A stretch of DNA of 64,000 bases, taken from positions 5,602 to 69,601 of the forward strand of contig CBDDRM010000111.1 in assembly GCA_965233135.1 (NCBI GenBank), in the 5' to 3' direction. A program made the position numbers and the translations under genes. Below, in pieces: positions 1 to 11,695 of this stretch; position 1 is the first letter of the stretch, and each line of letters begins with the position of its first letter. The stretch is from an uncultured bacterium (GTDB taxonomy: Bacteria; Pseudomonadota; Gammaproteobacteria; Burkholderiales; JACQAP01). The notes under the pieces are model-generated. The model saw only the letters and a program-made list of their open reading frames with translations. It made no database searches and was not told where the DNA came from.

Positions 1-1296
1 CTGGGCCGCAAGGACCTCGTCGACGATGCGCTCGATGGCCCCCGAATCGGAAATCTGCCGCAGTCCCTTGTGTTCAATGATGGCGTCGACGTCACCTTGT
101 CCCAGCCATAGCGCATCCAGCACTTCCTTGGCCAGTTTGCCCGATAGCGTGCCATCGGCCACGCGCGCCGCAAGCGTGCGCAATTGGTCCGGACCGACTT
201 TGCTCGCGGCGATGGCGAGATTCTCGTCATTGAGCCGCGCGCTCAATGGTCCGGTAATCCAGTTTGCAAGATCTGGCAGCGCGCTACGCGCAGCACCGGC
301 AAAGGTCGCGGCGGCGAAATTCGCCAGTTCGCGGTTTGTTACGAGCAGTCCGGCCTGGTAGGCAGAAAGCCCACACGCCATGAACGCTTCGCGTCTGGCG
401 CCTGGCAACTCGGGCATGCCGCGGCGGACCTCCTCAATCCATTCCCGCGAAATTTCCAGAGGCAGCAGGTCGGGATCGGGAAAGTAGCGATAGTCGTGCG
501 CGTCTTCCTTGGTGCGCATGACGCGGGTTTCGCCCAGATCGGGATCGAACAGCACGGTCGCCTGCTCGATGCGGCCGCCGTCCTCAAGGGTCTCGATCTG
601 CCACTGGATTTCGTACTCGATGGCTTGCTGCAGGAAACGAAACGAGTTCAGGTTCTTGATCTCCCGTCTCGTGCCCAGCGGCGCCCCGGGCCGGCGCACC
701 GACACGTTGGCATCGCAGCGAAACGACCCCTCCTGCATGTTGCCGTCGCAGATATCGATCCAGGTGACCAGCCCGTGCAATGCCTTGGCGTAGGCAACCG
801 CTTCGTCGGCCGAACGCATGACGGGCTCCGAGACGATTTCCAGCAGTGGGGTGCCGGCGCGATTCAGATCGATACCGCTCATACCCTGAAAATCCTCGTG
901 CAACGATTTTCCTGCATCTTCTTCCAGATGCGCGCGCGTCAATTGAACCTCGACCTCGCCGCGGGTCGCGGACACGATCTGGATCCGCCCGCCCTGCACG
1001 ACAGGTGCCTCGTACTGACTGATCTGGTAGCCCTTGGGAAGATCGGGATAAAAATAATTCTTGCGCGCGAAAATCGAGCGGCGGCTGATGCTGCCATCGA
1101 CCGCCAGACCGAAACGGATGGCACGCTCGACCGCGCCCCGGTTGAGTACCGGCAGCGTTCCGGGCAAAGCCAGGTCCACCACGCTCGCCTGCGTGTTTGG
1201 CGCAGCGCCAAACGACGTGGAGGCGTTCGAAAAAATCTTCGACTGCGTCGACAGCTGCGCGTGCGTTTCGAGTCCGATAATTACTTCCCAGTTCAT
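1..1296 (-). CDS. gatB: Asp-tRNA(Asn)/Glu-tRNA(Gln) amidotransferase subunit B. Partial: the C-terminal ~45 aa lie beyond the left edge.
   Basis: Manual reverse translation from the ATG at 1296..1294 gives [52 protein letters not shown]...[19 protein letters not shown]. Near position 1 the same frame reads [21 protein letters not shown], typical of the GatB tail domain. It lies directly downstream of gatC-gatA. It is absent from the ORF track because there is no stop inside the window. Confidence 0.9.
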   Translation of the reverse strand, partial: MNWEVIIGLETHAQLSTQSKIFSNASTSFGAAPNTQASVVDLALPGTLPVLNRGAVERAIRFGLAVDGSISRRSIFARKNYFYPDLPKGYQISQYEAPVVQGGRIQIVSATRGEVEVQLTRAHLEEDAGKSLHEDFQGMSGIDLNRAGTPLLEIVSEPVMRSADEAVAYAKALHGLVTWIDICDGNMQEGSFRCDANVSVRRPGAPLGTRREIKNLNSFRFLQQAIEYEIQWQIETLEDGGRIEQATVLFDPDLGETRVMRTKEDAHDYRYFPDPDLLPLEISREWIEEVRRGMPELPGARREAFMACGLSAYQAGLLVTNRELANFAAATFAGAARSALPDLANWITGPLSARLNDENLAIAASKVGPDQLRTLAARVADGTLSGKLAKEVLDALWLGQGDVDAIIEHKGLRQISDSGAIERIVDEVLAAQ

Positions 1297-1325
1297 CGCC
1301 AAACCTTTTTCTGCTCGGCCCGGTG

Positions 1326-2780
1326 CTAGGCGAAGCCTGCGGGTATGCGCCGGTGCCAATCGGTTGCCTGCTGGTAGCCATGCGCGATGCCCAGCAATTT
1401 CGCTTCCTCGAAATAGTTCGTCATGAGCTGCAATCCGACCGGGCGGCCTTTCGCGCCGAAGCCGCAGGGTATGCTCATGCCCGGAATGCCGGCCAGACTG
1501 CCCGGAATGGTGTACAGATCGGACAGGTACATGGCGACAGGGTCGGCGGCTTTTTCTCCGAAGCCAAAGGCGACGCTGGTGGTAACCGGACCTGCGATCA
1601 CGTCGCATTCAGCGAACGCCTGTTGAAACTCATCGGCGATAATGCGACGGACTTTCTGCGCCTGGATATAGTAGGCGTCGTAATAGCCATGCGAAAGCAC
1701 ATAGGTGCCGATCAGAATCCGGCGCCGCGGTTCGGCGCCAAAACCTTGCGCGCGCGATTTCATGATCATATCGTCCAGATCGCCGTATTGCGCCGCGCGA
1801 TGGCCATAGCGCACCCCATCGAAGCGGCTCAGATTCGACGAGCACTCCGCCGGCGCGATGACGTAGTAAACCGGTATGCCAAGGGCCGCATTGGGCAGCG
1901 AAATATCCACCAGGCGCGCGCCCAGCCGCACATACTCGGCAAGGGCCTCGCGTACCGCCTGCTCGACGTCGGGCTGCAGACCGGCGCCGAAAAATTCCTT
2001 GGGTATGCCGATGCGCAATCCACTCACGCCACGCTGCAATTCGCGCGTGTAATCTTCCGCCGGGCGCTCGACGCTGGTGGAATCCTTTGGATCGAATCCC
2101 AGCATGCCATTGAACAGCAACGCGGCGTCCTCCGCGGACCCCGTCATGATCCCCGCCTGGTCAAGGCTGGAGGCGAACGCGATCATGCCCCAGCGCGAGG
2201 CGCGTCCGTAAGTGGGTTTGATGCCGGTGATGCCGGAAAATGCCGCCGGTTCGCGAATCGAGCCTCCGGTATCGGTGGCCGTGGCTGCGGGCGCGATGCG
2301 CGCGGCGACGGCCGCCGCCGAACCGCCGGAACTGCCCCCGGGAACGGCCGTTTTGTCCCACGGGTTCAGTACATTGCCGAAGTGGCTGTTTTCATTGGAG
2401 GAGCCCATCGCAAACTCGTCGCAATTGAGCTTGCCCAGACAGACCATGCCGGCGTGGGCAAGTCTGTCCACGACCGTCGCGTCATACGGGCTCATGTATC
2501 CCTTGAGCATGCGCGAAGAAGCGGTCGAGGCAAACTCCCGCGTGACGAAAATGTCCTTGTGCGCAACCGGCACGCCGGTGAGCGCGGAGGCCTCCCCGCG
2601 GGCGAGGCGCGTGTCCGCGGCCCGCGCCTGGCGCAAGGTCACCTCGGGGCGAACATCCAGAAAGGCATTCAGATCCCGATGCCGTTCTATGCGATCGAGA
2701 TAGTGCTGCGCGAGTTCGACCGCGGACACCTGCCGTGCGGCGAGGGCGCGACCGAGCTCGGCCACCGATTTGTCGAACAT
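1326..2780 (-). CDS. gatA: Glutamyl-tRNA(Gln) amidotransferase subunit A (amidase signature family)
   Basis: 484-aa ORF starting [23 protein letters not shown]. It carries the amidase Gly/Ser-rich signature [13 protein letters not shown]. It sits between gatC and gatB. Confidence 0.95.
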   Translation of the reverse strand: MFDKSVAELGRALAARQVSAVELAQHYLDRIERHRDLNAFLDVRPEVTLRQARAADTRLARGEASALTGVPVAHKDIFVTREFASTASSRMLKGYMSPYDATVVDRLAHAGMVCLGKLNCDEFAMGSSNENSHFGNVLNPWDKTAVPGGSSGGSAAAVAARIAPAATATDTGGSIREPAAFSGITGIKPTYGRASRWGMIAFASSLDQAGIMTGSAEDAALLFNGMLGFDPKDSTSVERPAEDYTRELQRGVSGLRIGIPKEFFGAGLQPDVEQAVREALAEYVRLGARLVDISLPNAALGIPVYYVIAPAECSSNLSRFDGVRYGHRAAQYGDLDDMIMKSRAQGFGAEPRRRILIGTYVLSHGYYDAYYIQAQKVRRIIADEFQQAFAECDVIAGPVTTSVAFGFGEKAADPVAMYLSDLYTIPGSLAGIPGMSIPCGFGAKGRPVGLQLMTNYFEEAKLLGIAHGYQQATDWHRRIPAGFA

Positions 2781-2789
2781 GCGCAGCTC

Positions 2790-3077
2790 CTATTCGATGA
2801 CGCGCGGCACGAGGAACAGTCCGTCCTGGCTCGCGGGGGCGTTGCGCATTACGGATTCGCGGGCGGGCTGTTCGCCGACCACATCCTCGCGCAAGCGTTG
2901 TCCACCCCCGAGGGGATGCGACATGGGTTCGATGCCAGCGGTATCCACCGACTGCAGTTTTTCGATCAGCTCGAATATCTGGTTCAGCTGTATCAGGGTC
3001 TGCTCGGCTTCGGACGCGCCGATCTCGATACGCGCGAGATGGGCGATACGTTTGACGTCGCTGGATGTAAGTGACAT
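2790..3077 (-). CDS. gatC: Glutamyl-tRNA(Gln) amidotransferase subunit C
   Basis: 95-aa [28 protein letters not shown]..., a typical GatC N-terminus. It ends 9 nt upstream of gatA. Confidence 0.9.
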   Translation of the reverse strand: MSLTSSDVKRIAHLARIEIGASEAEQTLIQLNQIFELIEKLQSVDTAGIEPMSHPLGGGQRLREDVVGEQPARESVMRNAPASQDGLFLVPRVIE

Positions 3078-3166
3078 TTACAGAAATCTGGTTCAGTCGG
3101 AGCGCGGGTTCATCGTCGGCAAGCCGGATCTTGAAGCCCGAGCCGCCGCACCCCGCTTTTTGTTAA

Positions 3167-4279
<1,113 letters not shown>

Positions 4280-4435
4280 CGTTTACAGCGAGCCGGTTCA
4301 GTGACCACACAACGGCGCAGGTGTCGAACCGTGAACCGGCGCACTTGCGCGCAATGGCACGGCGAACGCCGGGTTCCGGCCTAGACAAGGAATCGCAAGC
4401 CAAGGTGTCGGAAACCCCCCGCCCCGCCCGTTAGA

Positions 4436-5338
4436 ATGGAATACTCGCCGCCGCCTTTTTTCAAACGGGGCCCCAGTGTTTTTACGCGCCTCGGTTTTTT
4501 TGCCGTCCTGTCGCTGCTGCTGCTGTACGCCGATGCGCGTTTCCACTACATGGAAGCGATGCGCAAGGTCATTGCGGTCGTGTTATATCCCTTGCAGGAA
4601 TTTGCCGATACGCCATCGCGCGCCGTCTCCCGAATCGGCGAATTCTTCGTATCGCAGTCTTCCCTGCAGCGCGAGAACGATCGATTGTCGCGCGAAAGTT
4701 TCCTGCAAGCCGGCCAGTTGCAGACCCAGCAGGCCCTGATCGCGGAAAACCAGCATCTGCGCCAGTTGCTGGAGATGCAGGACCGCGCCGAGCAAAGCTC
4801 CACTGTCGCCGAAATTCTCTACGTTGGCCGCGATCCGTTCAGCCGGAAAGTCATTATCGACAAGGGCACTTCGCAGGGCATACAGGAGGGTTCGGCGGTG
4901 ATCGACGATACCGGCCTTGTCGGCCAGGTAACACGCGCTTTTCCGTGGAGTGCGGAAGTGGCGCTGATCAGCGACCGCCAGCAAGTGGTGCCGGTTCAGG
5001 TCGTGCGCAACGGCTTGCGCGCGGCGGTTTTTGGCGTCGGCTACGACGGCGCACTGGATTTGCGCTTCATGCCGGTCAACTCCGAAGTCGAAAACGGCGA
5101 CCTGCTGGTGACATCGGGCATCGACGGCGTCTATCCGCCGGGACTGCCAGTGGCCGTGATCTCGAATATAGAACGCAACGCCGCTTATCCGTTTGCCAAG
5201 ATTACCTGTACGCCGGCCGCCGGGCCGAACCGCCACCGCCAGGTGCTGGTGCTGGCGCGCCTTGCGCCGCTGCCGGCCTATCCGGTCGCCCCGGAGGTCA
5301 AGAATGCCAAGGACAAACAGCCGAGGAAGGGCGGATGA
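4436..5338 (+). CDS. mreC: Rod shape-determining protein MreC
   Basis: 300-aa ORF with an N-terminal membrane anchor (LGFFAVLSLLLLY), a coiled-coil segment and a beta-rich C-terminal part. Positioned between mreB and mreD. Confidence 0.9.
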   Translation: MEYSPPPFFKRGPSVFTRLGFFAVLSLLLLYADARFHYMEAMRKVIAVVLYPLQEFADTPSRAVSRIGEFFVSQSSLQRENDRLSRESFLQAGQLQTQQALIAENQHLRQLLEMQDRAEQSSTVAEILYVGRDPFSRKVIIDKGTSQGIQEGSAVIDDTGLVGQVTRAFPWSAEVALISDRQQVVPVQVVRNGLRAAVFGVGYDGALDLRFMPVNSEVENGDLLVTSGIDGVYPPGLPVAVISNIERNAAYPFAKITCTPAAGPNRHRQVLVLARLAPLPAYPVAPEVKNAKDKQPRKGG

Positions 5339-5871
5339 TGCGCTCGCCCGTGTTCGGCAGACTGAGTACCAGCGAGGAAATCCTGCTGCCGGTCAAGCCG
5401 CTGTACATTTTCATCACGCTGTTCTCCGCGTTGATGCTGAACTTGCTGCCGTTGACCGGCTGGGTCTTGGCGTTACGACCCGATTTCGTTGCGCTGGTAT
5501 TGCTGTACTGGGGAATCCACCAGTCGCGCAAAATCGGCTTTCTGATGGCATGGCTGCTGGGGCTGGCCATGGATGTCGCCGACGGCAGTCTGTTCGGGCA
5601 GCATGCCCTGGCGTATTCGGTCATGATGTTCGGCGCCATAGTGTTGAGCCGGCGCGTTTCGATGTTCGATATGCGCCACCAGATCGCCCATGTGCTGCCA
5701 ATCCTGCTGATCATGCAACTGATCGTGCTTGGGGTACGGCAGGCGGCGGGTGACGCATTTCCGGGCTGGTGGTATTTTCTGTCGAGCTTTACCGGGGCGC
5801 TGCTGTGGCCGGCGGCCGACTTGCTGCTGAAAATACCTCTGCGCCAGCGCCACGATCCGGACGATACGTGA
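5335..5871 (+). CDS. mreD: Rod shape-determining protein MreD
   Basis: Internal ATG of the 4945..5871 frame, in an ATGA overlap with the mreC stop. The 178-aa polytopic product starts MMRSPVFGRLSTSEEILLPVKPLYIFITLFSALMLNLLPL. Call rests on synteny. Confidence 0.8.
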   Translation: MMRSPVFGRLSTSEEILLPVKPLYIFITLFSALMLNLLPLTGWVLALRPDFVALVLLYWGIHQSRKIGFLMAWLLGLAMDVADGSLFGQHALAYSVMMFGAIVLSRRVSMFDMRHQIAHVLPILLIMQLIVLGVRQAAGDAFPGWWYFLSSFTGALLWPAADLLLKIPLRQRHDPDDT

Positions 5872-5890
5872 GCCGCGCTTTCAACGTCGC

Positions 5891-7810
5891 GTGCCCGCTC
5901 GGGCGAAAGCAATGAGTCGCAGCGTCGAGCTTCGGGACCACCAGCGGGAGTTGTACTATTTCCAGTTGAGACTGGCGATAGTCGGGGGCGTCGTGTTGTT
6001 CGCCTTCTTCATTCTGCTGGTGCGCTTCTTTTATGTGCAGGTCATCCAGCACGAGTACTACCATACGCTGGCCGAGCAGAACCGGATTTTCATCGTGCCC
6101 GTGGTACCCAATCGCGGGCTCATTCTGGACCGCAACGGCGTCGTGCTGGCACACAATTTCGCTGCCTACACCCTGGAAATCACGCCCTCTGCAGTCGACG
6201 ATTTCGAGAAGACCGCTGCTGAATTGTCCACGCTGGTGGAGATCACGCCCAAGGACCGCAAGCGCTTCCAGAAGTTGCTCGAAGAGGGTCACGACTTCGC
6301 CAGCATTCCGATTCGCACGCGCCTGAACGATGAAGAGGTGGCGCGTTTTGCGGTGAACGCCTATCGCTTTCCCGGCGTGGAGATCAATGCACGGCTGTTC
6401 AGACATTATCCTTACGGGGATATCGGTTCGCATGTCGTGGGCTACATCGGGCGCATCAGCGACAAGGACGTCGATGAACTGCGCAATCTGGGTACGGCTG
6501 CGAACTACAGCGCGTCGGACTATATCGGCAAAGTCGGGCTGGAGCAGCGCTACGAGAAGGAGTTGCGCGGCATTACCGGCTACGAACATGTCGAGACCGA
6601 CGCCAACGGCAAGTCGGTGCGCACCCTGCGCAGCATCCTGCCGGTGTCCGGGAACAATCTCACCCTGGCGCTCGATGCCCGGCTGCAGCAGGTGGCCGAG
6701 CAGGCGTTTGGAGCGCATCGCGGTTCGCTGGTGGCGATCGAACCGTCCACGGGTGGCGTTCTCGCGCTGGTTTCAAGGCCCGGGTTCGATCCCAACTTGT
6801 TTGTCGAGGGCATCGATCCGCAGAATTGGGATGCACTGAACAATTCTCCGGATCACCCGCTCAACAACCGCGCGTTGCAGGGCGTCTATCCGCCGGGATC
6901 GACTTTCAAGCCGTTCATGGCGCTGGCCGGTCTTGAAACAGGCAAGCGCAAACCAAGTTTTACCATCAGCGACCCGGGCTATTTCGTATTGAGCGGCGGC
7001 GGCCATGTATTTCGCGACTGGAAGGCCGGCGGACATGGCATGGTGGATATGCATAAGGCCATCGTGCAGTCCTGCGACACTTATTTTTACGGATTGGCGC
7101 AGGATCTGGGCATCGATGCAATCCACCAGTTCATCGGTCGATTCGGCCTCGGGCAGAAAACCGGCATCGATCTGGAAGGGGAGGTTGGCGGCTTGCTGCC
7201 CTCGCAGGAATGGAAACAGCGGCGCTTCAAGCAGAAATGGTTCACGGGCGACACCATTTCGGTGGGCATAGGCCAGGGCTACAACCTGACGACCCCGCTG
7301 CAGCTTGCTTTTGCTACCGCCATTCTCGCCAATGACGGGCGCGTCTTCCGTCCCCATGTAGTAAGCCAGATCCAGGACAGTCAGACCGATGCCATCACGG
7401 TCATCGAGCCCCATCCCAGAGCGGAACTTCAGCTATCGAAGGACAATATCAAGCGCGTGCGCGATGCCATGATCGATGTCACGAAACCCGGCGGCACGGC
7501 GGCCTGGGCCGGCATGAACGCCAAGTATCTGTTCGCGGGCAAGACCGGCACGGCCCAGGTGATCGGCATGAAAGGTCAGAAGTACGAGGAAGACAAGATC
7601 AGCGAACGCCACCGCGACCACGCCTTGTTCATCGCCTACGCTCCCGCTGATGCGCCCCGCATTGCGCTCGCGATCCTTGTCGAGAACGGCGGCCACGGCG
7701 GCAGCACCGCCGCACCGATCGCGCGCCAGGTGTTCGACTACTACCTGCTGGGCAAAGAACCCGCGCCGCCAAAGCCTGTGGTCCGGCAAGAAGAAGAGGA
7801 AAATGATTAA
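5891..7810 (+). CDS. mrdA: Penicillin-binding protein 2 (elongasome transpeptidase)
   Basis: 639-aa ORF with an N-terminal TM segment and the transpeptidase motifs STFK (PPGSTFKPF) and KTGT (GKTGTAQV). The start could instead be the internal MSRS at 5912. Confidence 0.92.
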   Translation: MPARAKAMSRSVELRDHQRELYYFQLRLAIVGGVVLFAFFILLVRFFYVQVIQHEYYHTLAEQNRIFIVPVVPNRGLILDRNGVVLAHNFAAYTLEITPSAVDDFEKTAAELSTLVEITPKDRKRFQKLLEEGHDFASIPIRTRLNDEEVARFAVNAYRFPGVEINARLFRHYPYGDIGSHVVGYIGRISDKDVDELRNLGTAANYSASDYIGKVGLEQRYEKELRGITGYEHVETDANGKSVRTLRSILPVSGNNLTLALDARLQQVAEQAFGAHRGSLVAIEPSTGGVLALVSRPGFDPNLFVEGIDPQNWDALNNSPDHPLNNRALQGVYPPGSTFKPFMALAGLETGKRKPSFTISDPGYFVLSGGGHVFRDWKAGGHGMVDMHKAIVQSCDTYFYGLAQDLGIDAIHQFIGRFGLGQKTGIDLEGEVGGLLPSQEWKQRRFKQKWFTGDTISVGIGQGYNLTTPLQLAFATAILANDGRVFRPHVVSQIQDSQTDAITVIEPHPRAELQLSKDNIKRVRDAMIDVTKPGGTAAWAGMNAKYLFAGKTGTAQVIGMKGQKYEEDKISERHRDHALFIAYAPADAPRIALAILVENGGHGGSTAAPIARQVFDYYLLGKEPAPPKPVVRQEEEEND

Positions 7811-8897
7811 CCGGTTGCTGGGTTATCTGGTCAAGCACATCGATCGCTATCTGATGGGGCTGGTCGCGACCTTGCTGCTGATGGGCTTGATCACAATGTT
7901 CAGTGCCTCCGGAGAAAGCATCGATCGGCTGACCGGGCAAATCGTGAATATCGGTGTAGCGCTGTCGGTGATGTGGATTGCGGCGAACGTGCCTCTGCAC
8001 TTCCTGTCGCGCATTGCGCTGCCGCTGTATGTCGTCGGGCTGGGTTTGCTGGTCGGCGTGGCGGTGGCCGGCGAAGTGGTCAATGGCGCACGCCGCTGGC
8101 TCGATCTGGGCTTCACGCGCATCCAGCCATCGGAGCTCATGAAAGTTGCGGTGCCCCTGCTGTTGGCCTGGTACTTCGATCGCTATGAGGCCATCCTTCG
8201 GATGCGCAACTTTGCGATCGGCGCGGTACTGGTGCTCGTGCCCGTACTGTTGATCGCCCGCCAGCCGGATCTGGGCACGGCCTTGCTTGTGAGCGCGGCC
8301 GGTTTCTATGTGCTGTTCCTGGCCGGGCTGTCGTGGAAAATCCTGATGGGACTGGGCGTCCTGGGCGGGGCGAGCCTGCCTTTCCTGTGGTCCATACTGC
8401 ACGATTACCAGCGCCAGCGCGTGCTGACCCTGCTCGATCCGTCGCAGGACCCGCTCGGGGCGGGCTATCACACCATCCAGTCGACCATCGCGCTGGGCTC
8501 CGGCGGTTTTTTCGGCAAAGGGTGGCTCAATGGCACGCAGTCACATCTGGATTTTCTGCCTGAACGTACCACCGATTTTATTTTCGCCGTGTATGCGGAA
8601 GAATTCGGCATGATTGGCAATCTGGTGCTCATGGTGTTGTTCATGCTGCTGATCGGCCGTGGTCTGGTGATCGCTGCCAATGCGCCCACGCTGTTCACGC
8701 GATTGCTGGCTGGTGCCATTACGCTGACATTTTTCACCTACGCCTTCGTCAACATGGGCATGGTCAGCGGCATTTTGCCGGTGGTTGGCGTGCCGCTACC
8801 GCTGATCAGCTATGGCGGCACATCGCTCGTGACGATCCTGTTCGGCATCGGCCTGCTGATGAGCATCCATACGCATCGAAGGCTGGTACAGACTTGA
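7803..8897 (+). CDS. rodA: Peptidoglycan glycosyltransferase RodA (SEDS family)
   Basis: In-frame ATG at 7803 overlaps the mrdA stop by 8 nt. The 364-aa polytopic product starts MINRLLGYLVKHIDRYLMGLVATLLLMGLITMFSASGES, a typical FtsW/RodA/SpoVE N-terminus. Confidence 0.92.
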   Translation: MINRLLGYLVKHIDRYLMGLVATLLLMGLITMFSASGESIDRLTGQIVNIGVALSVMWIAANVPLHFLSRIALPLYVVGLGLLVGVAVAGEVVNGARRWLDLGFTRIQPSELMKVAVPLLLAWYFDRYEAILRMRNFAIGAVLVLVPVLLIARQPDLGTALLVSAAGFYVLFLAGLSWKILMGLGVLGGASLPFLWSILHDYQRQRVLTLLDPSQDPLGAGYHTIQSTIALGSGGFFGKGWLNGTQSHLDFLPERTTDFIFAVYAEEFGMIGNLVLMVLFMLLIGRGLVIAANAPTLFTRLLAGAITLTFFTYAFVNMGMVSGILPVVGVPLPLISYGGTSLVTILFGIGLLMSIHTHRRLVQT

Positions 8898-8971
8898 CGA
8901 GCGAATTACGAGCAGGCACGCAGGCCATCCCGACATCATCGCCGCGCCGGGGACCCGCATCGACCGAGCCG

Positions 8972-9832
8972 ATGGCCGGATCCGGCGCGCTGATCACTGC
9001 GATGCTCGTGGCGATGCTGGCCGCCGGTTGCGGCGGCAGCGCGCCGTCGCGCCCCGCGTCGTCGAAACCGGGAGGCTACTATCTGGATGACGGGCCCGGA
9101 GCGCGTCCGCCGCCAAACCTGGACGCCGTAGCCGAACCTGTGCCGAGGCTCGAGCCCATCAACCGGTACACCAGCCGGCCGTATGCCGTGCTCGGTCGCG
9201 CTTATACGCCGTACGCACAACTCACGCCGTACAAGGCGCGCGGCGTCGCGAGCTGGTATGGCAAACGTTATCACGGTCAAAAAACCTCCAGCGGCGAGAT
9301 TTACGACATGTATGCAATGACCGCGGCCCACACGGTGTTGCCCCTGCCCAGCTATGCGCGTGTGACCAATGTCGCGACGGGACAATCGGTCGTGGTGCGC
9401 GTGAACGATCGGGGCCCGTTTCACGACGACCGGCTGATCGATCTTTCCTATGTCGCCGCGCAGCGCCTGGGCCTGCTCGGACGGGGTAGCGGTCTCGTGG
9501 AGGTCGAAGCGATCATTCCCGGCGAGGCCACGCCGGGCGCGTCGCCACCGGAGCAATCCGCGCCCCCCGTACCGGCGGACCCCGCAGTCGCCGTCGATCG
9601 CCGTGGAATATATGTCCAGCTCGGCGCGTTCTCGGTGGCCGACAACGCGGACGCGTTTCTGCGCAAAATGCGCATTGAGCTGGCCTGGCTGGCGGCGTCG
9701 ATCGGCGTTTATCGCCACGAGGCGCTGTATCGGGTGCGCGCCGGACCCTACGCGAGCCGCGAGCAGGCCAACCAGGCCGCCGAACGGGTGCAAAAGCAAC
9801 TCGGCCTCAGGGCTCTGGTGCTCGATCGCTGA
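8972..9832 (+). CDS. rlpA: Septal ring lytic transglycosylase RlpA family lipoprotein with a C-terminal SPOR domain
   Basis: DPBB core WYGKRYHGQKTSSGEIYDMYAMTAAHTVLPLPSYARVTNVATGQSVVVRVNDRGPF. Lipobox MLAAGC. SPOR-like tail (YVQLGAFSVADNADAF...YRVRAGPY). I prefer the ATG at 8972 over the TTG at 8894 given in the track. Confidence 0.85.
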   Translation: MAGSGALITAMLVAMLAAGCGGSAPSRPASSKPGGYYLDDGPGARPPPNLDAVAEPVPRLEPINRYTSRPYAVLGRAYTPYAQLTPYKARGVASWYGKRYHGQKTSSGEIYDMYAMTAAHTVLPLPSYARVTNVATGQSVVVRVNDRGPFHDDRLIDLSYVAAQRLGLLGRGSGLVEVEAIIPGEATPGASPPEQSAPPVPADPAVAVDRRGIYVQLGAFSVADNADAFLRKMRIELAWLAASIGVYRHEALYRVRAGPYASREQANQAAERVQKQLGLRALVLDR

Positions 9833-9881
9833 TGCAACACCGCCGCCACACAATGATCGTCTCCACCAACGCTCCCCGGTA

Positions 9882-10832
9882 ATGTCCGGTGCAACCATGC
9901 GCACGCTGATCTGCGGTTCCATTGCCTACGACACCATCATGGTGTTTGGTGATCGCTTCAAGAACCACATTCTGCCCGAGCAGATTCACATCCTGAACGT
10001 CGCCTTCCTGGTGCCCGACATGCGCCGCGAGTTCGGCGGCTGCGCGGGCAATATCGCCTACTCGCTGAAAATGCTCGGCGGGGATCCGCTGATCATGGCG
10101 AGCGTGGGAGACGATTGGCAGCCTTATGCCTATCGCCTGGAAAAATTGCGCCTCTCGCCCGAGCATGTGCGCCAGGTCCCGAACACGTTCACGGCGCAGG
10201 CCTTCATCACGACCGATCTGGATGACAATCAGATCACTGCGTTTCATCCGGGTGCGATGAATTTCTCGCACCTGAATCACGTCTCGGACGCGCGCGACGT
10301 CGGTCTGGGTATCATCGCGCCCGATGGACGCGAGGGCATGATGCAGCATGCCCGCGAATTCGCGGAAGCCGGCGTGCCTTTCATCTTCGACCCCGGTCAG
10401 GGTTTGCCGATGTTCTCCGGCGAAGAACTCTTGACATTCATCGGCCAGGCAGATTTTGTGACGGCCAACGACTACGAGGCCAAAATGTTGCAGGAGCGCA
10501 CCGGCAAATCCGTCGAAGAATTGTCCCGGATGGTCAAGGCGTTGATCGTCACGCAAGGCGCCCAGGGATCGCTCGTGTTCGTGGACGGCAAGCCCGAATC
10601 CATTCCCGCGGTAAAACCCGAGCAAGTGCTCGATCCCACCGGATGCGGAGATGCCTACCGAGCAGGACTTCTGCACGGCATCGCCAGCGGGCTGGATTGG
10701 GCGACGACGGGGCGGCTCGCCTCGCTGCTGGGCTCGATCAAGATTGCGCAACGCGGGGCGCAGAATCACCTGTTCACGCGCGACGAGATCAGCGTTCGTT
10801 TCCGCGAGGCATTCGGCCGCGCGCCCTGGTAG
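9882..10832 (+). CDS. PfkB-family carbohydrate/nucleoside kinase
   Basis: In-frame ATG of the 9450..10832 ORF. The product starts MSGATMRTLICGSIAYDTIMVF and ends with the PfkB signature DPTGCGDAYRAGLLHG. Confidence 0.85.
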   Translation: MSGATMRTLICGSIAYDTIMVFGDRFKNHILPEQIHILNVAFLVPDMRREFGGCAGNIAYSLKMLGGDPLIMASVGDDWQPYAYRLEKLRLSPEHVRQVPNTFTAQAFITTDLDDNQITAFHPGAMNFSHLNHVSDARDVGLGIIAPDGREGMMQHAREFAEAGVPFIFDPGQGLPMFSGEELLTFIGQADFVTANDYEAKMLQERTGKSVEELSRMVKALIVTQGAQGSLVFVDGKPESIPAVKPEQVLDPTGCGDAYRAGLLHGIASGLDWATTGRLASLLGSIKIAQRGAQNHLFTRDEISVRFREAFGRAPW

Positions 10833-10939
10833 TGCCGAGGCATCGCGACCGCGCCGGCAGGGTGTTATCCGACCGAACCTCGCTTCGCGCGCAGACCAGG
10901 ACGCCGCCAGTGCGCCGCTGCTATCGCGCAACCCGCGTC

Positions 10940-11695
10940 ATGCTGCATCTGGTCGCCGGCCTGTTCGAGGCTGCCGTGCTGTTTCCCTTCTACGCGCGGG
11001 CGAAGCGTCAGCGGGCCATCAGCAGATGGTCGGGAAGGTTGCTTGCCTACCTGGGTGTGCGCGTGCGGGTGCGCGGCGCGCCGCCGATGAGCGCAAACCG
11101 GGCCGCCGTGCTGGTGGCCAATCACGTCTCCTGGCTCGATATCCAATTGATTCATTCGGTGTGGCCGGTTCGCTTCGTCGCCAAGGCAGAAGTGCGAAGC
11201 TGGCCGCTGATTGGTTGGCTTTCTGCCCGCGCCGGCACCTTGTTCATCGAGCGCGGCAATCATCGCCATGCGGCCCAGGCCAATCAATCGATTCATGCCG
11301 CTTTGGAGCAAGGCGACGCGGTGGGTGTGTTTCCCGAAGGCACGACCACGGACGGACGAACACTCGCGCGCTTTCATGCCTCGCTGCTGCAGCCCGCGGT
11401 CGATGAGCGCGCGGTGGTTTATCCGGTGGCACTGCGTTATCTGGATGAAGCCGGGGAGATCAACGTCAGGGCCAGTTATGAGGGGGAGACCTCGCTGGCG
11501 CAATCGCTGCAAATGATCCTGGCCGAGCGGGTAATCCACGCCGAACTGACCTTCCTGCCTGCCCTCGACGCTGCCGGCAAGTCGCGGCGGGAACTGGCCG
11601 CCCAAACGCAAGCCGCGCTCGCCGCCGCGCTCAATCTGCCGGTTGCAGGCCCGCAACCTGGAATAGCCGCCGGTCCTCCAGGCGCACCGCGCTAA
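10940..11695 (+). CDS. Lysophospholipid (1-acyl-sn-glycerol-3-phosphate type) acyltransferase, PlsC family
   Basis: In-frame ATG. The product carries the acyltransferase HX4D box (VANHVSWLDI) and the FPEGTTTDG motif. Confidence 0.8.
   Translation: MLHLVAGLFEAAVLFPFYARAKRQRAISRWSGRLLAYLGVRVRVRGAPPMSANRAAVLVANHVSWLDIQLIHSVWPVRFVAKAEVRSWPLIGWLSARAGTLFIERGNHRHAAQANQSIHAALEQGDAVGVFPEGTTTDGRTLARFHASLLQPAVDERAVVYPVALRYLDEAGEINVRASYEGETSLAQSLQMILAERVIHAELTFLPALDAAGKSRRELAAQTQAALAAALNLPVAGPQPGIAAGPPGAPR

Noticed and set aside
184-3074. 381-aa (184..1329) and 583-aa (1323..3074) plus-strand ORFs
   Set aside because: They are antisense to gatB and gatA/gatC, which are clearly real. The translations are low-complexity (R/A/G-rich) and lack motifs.
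4280-4435. 156-nt mreB-mreC spacer with a CCGGTTCA…TGAACCGG inverted repeat as a possible regulatory RNA
   Set aside because: It is an 8-bp stem with a ~30-nt loop and no T-run. It is plausibly just an mRNA-stabilising or partial-attenuation hairpin, and the evidence is too weak to call a feature.
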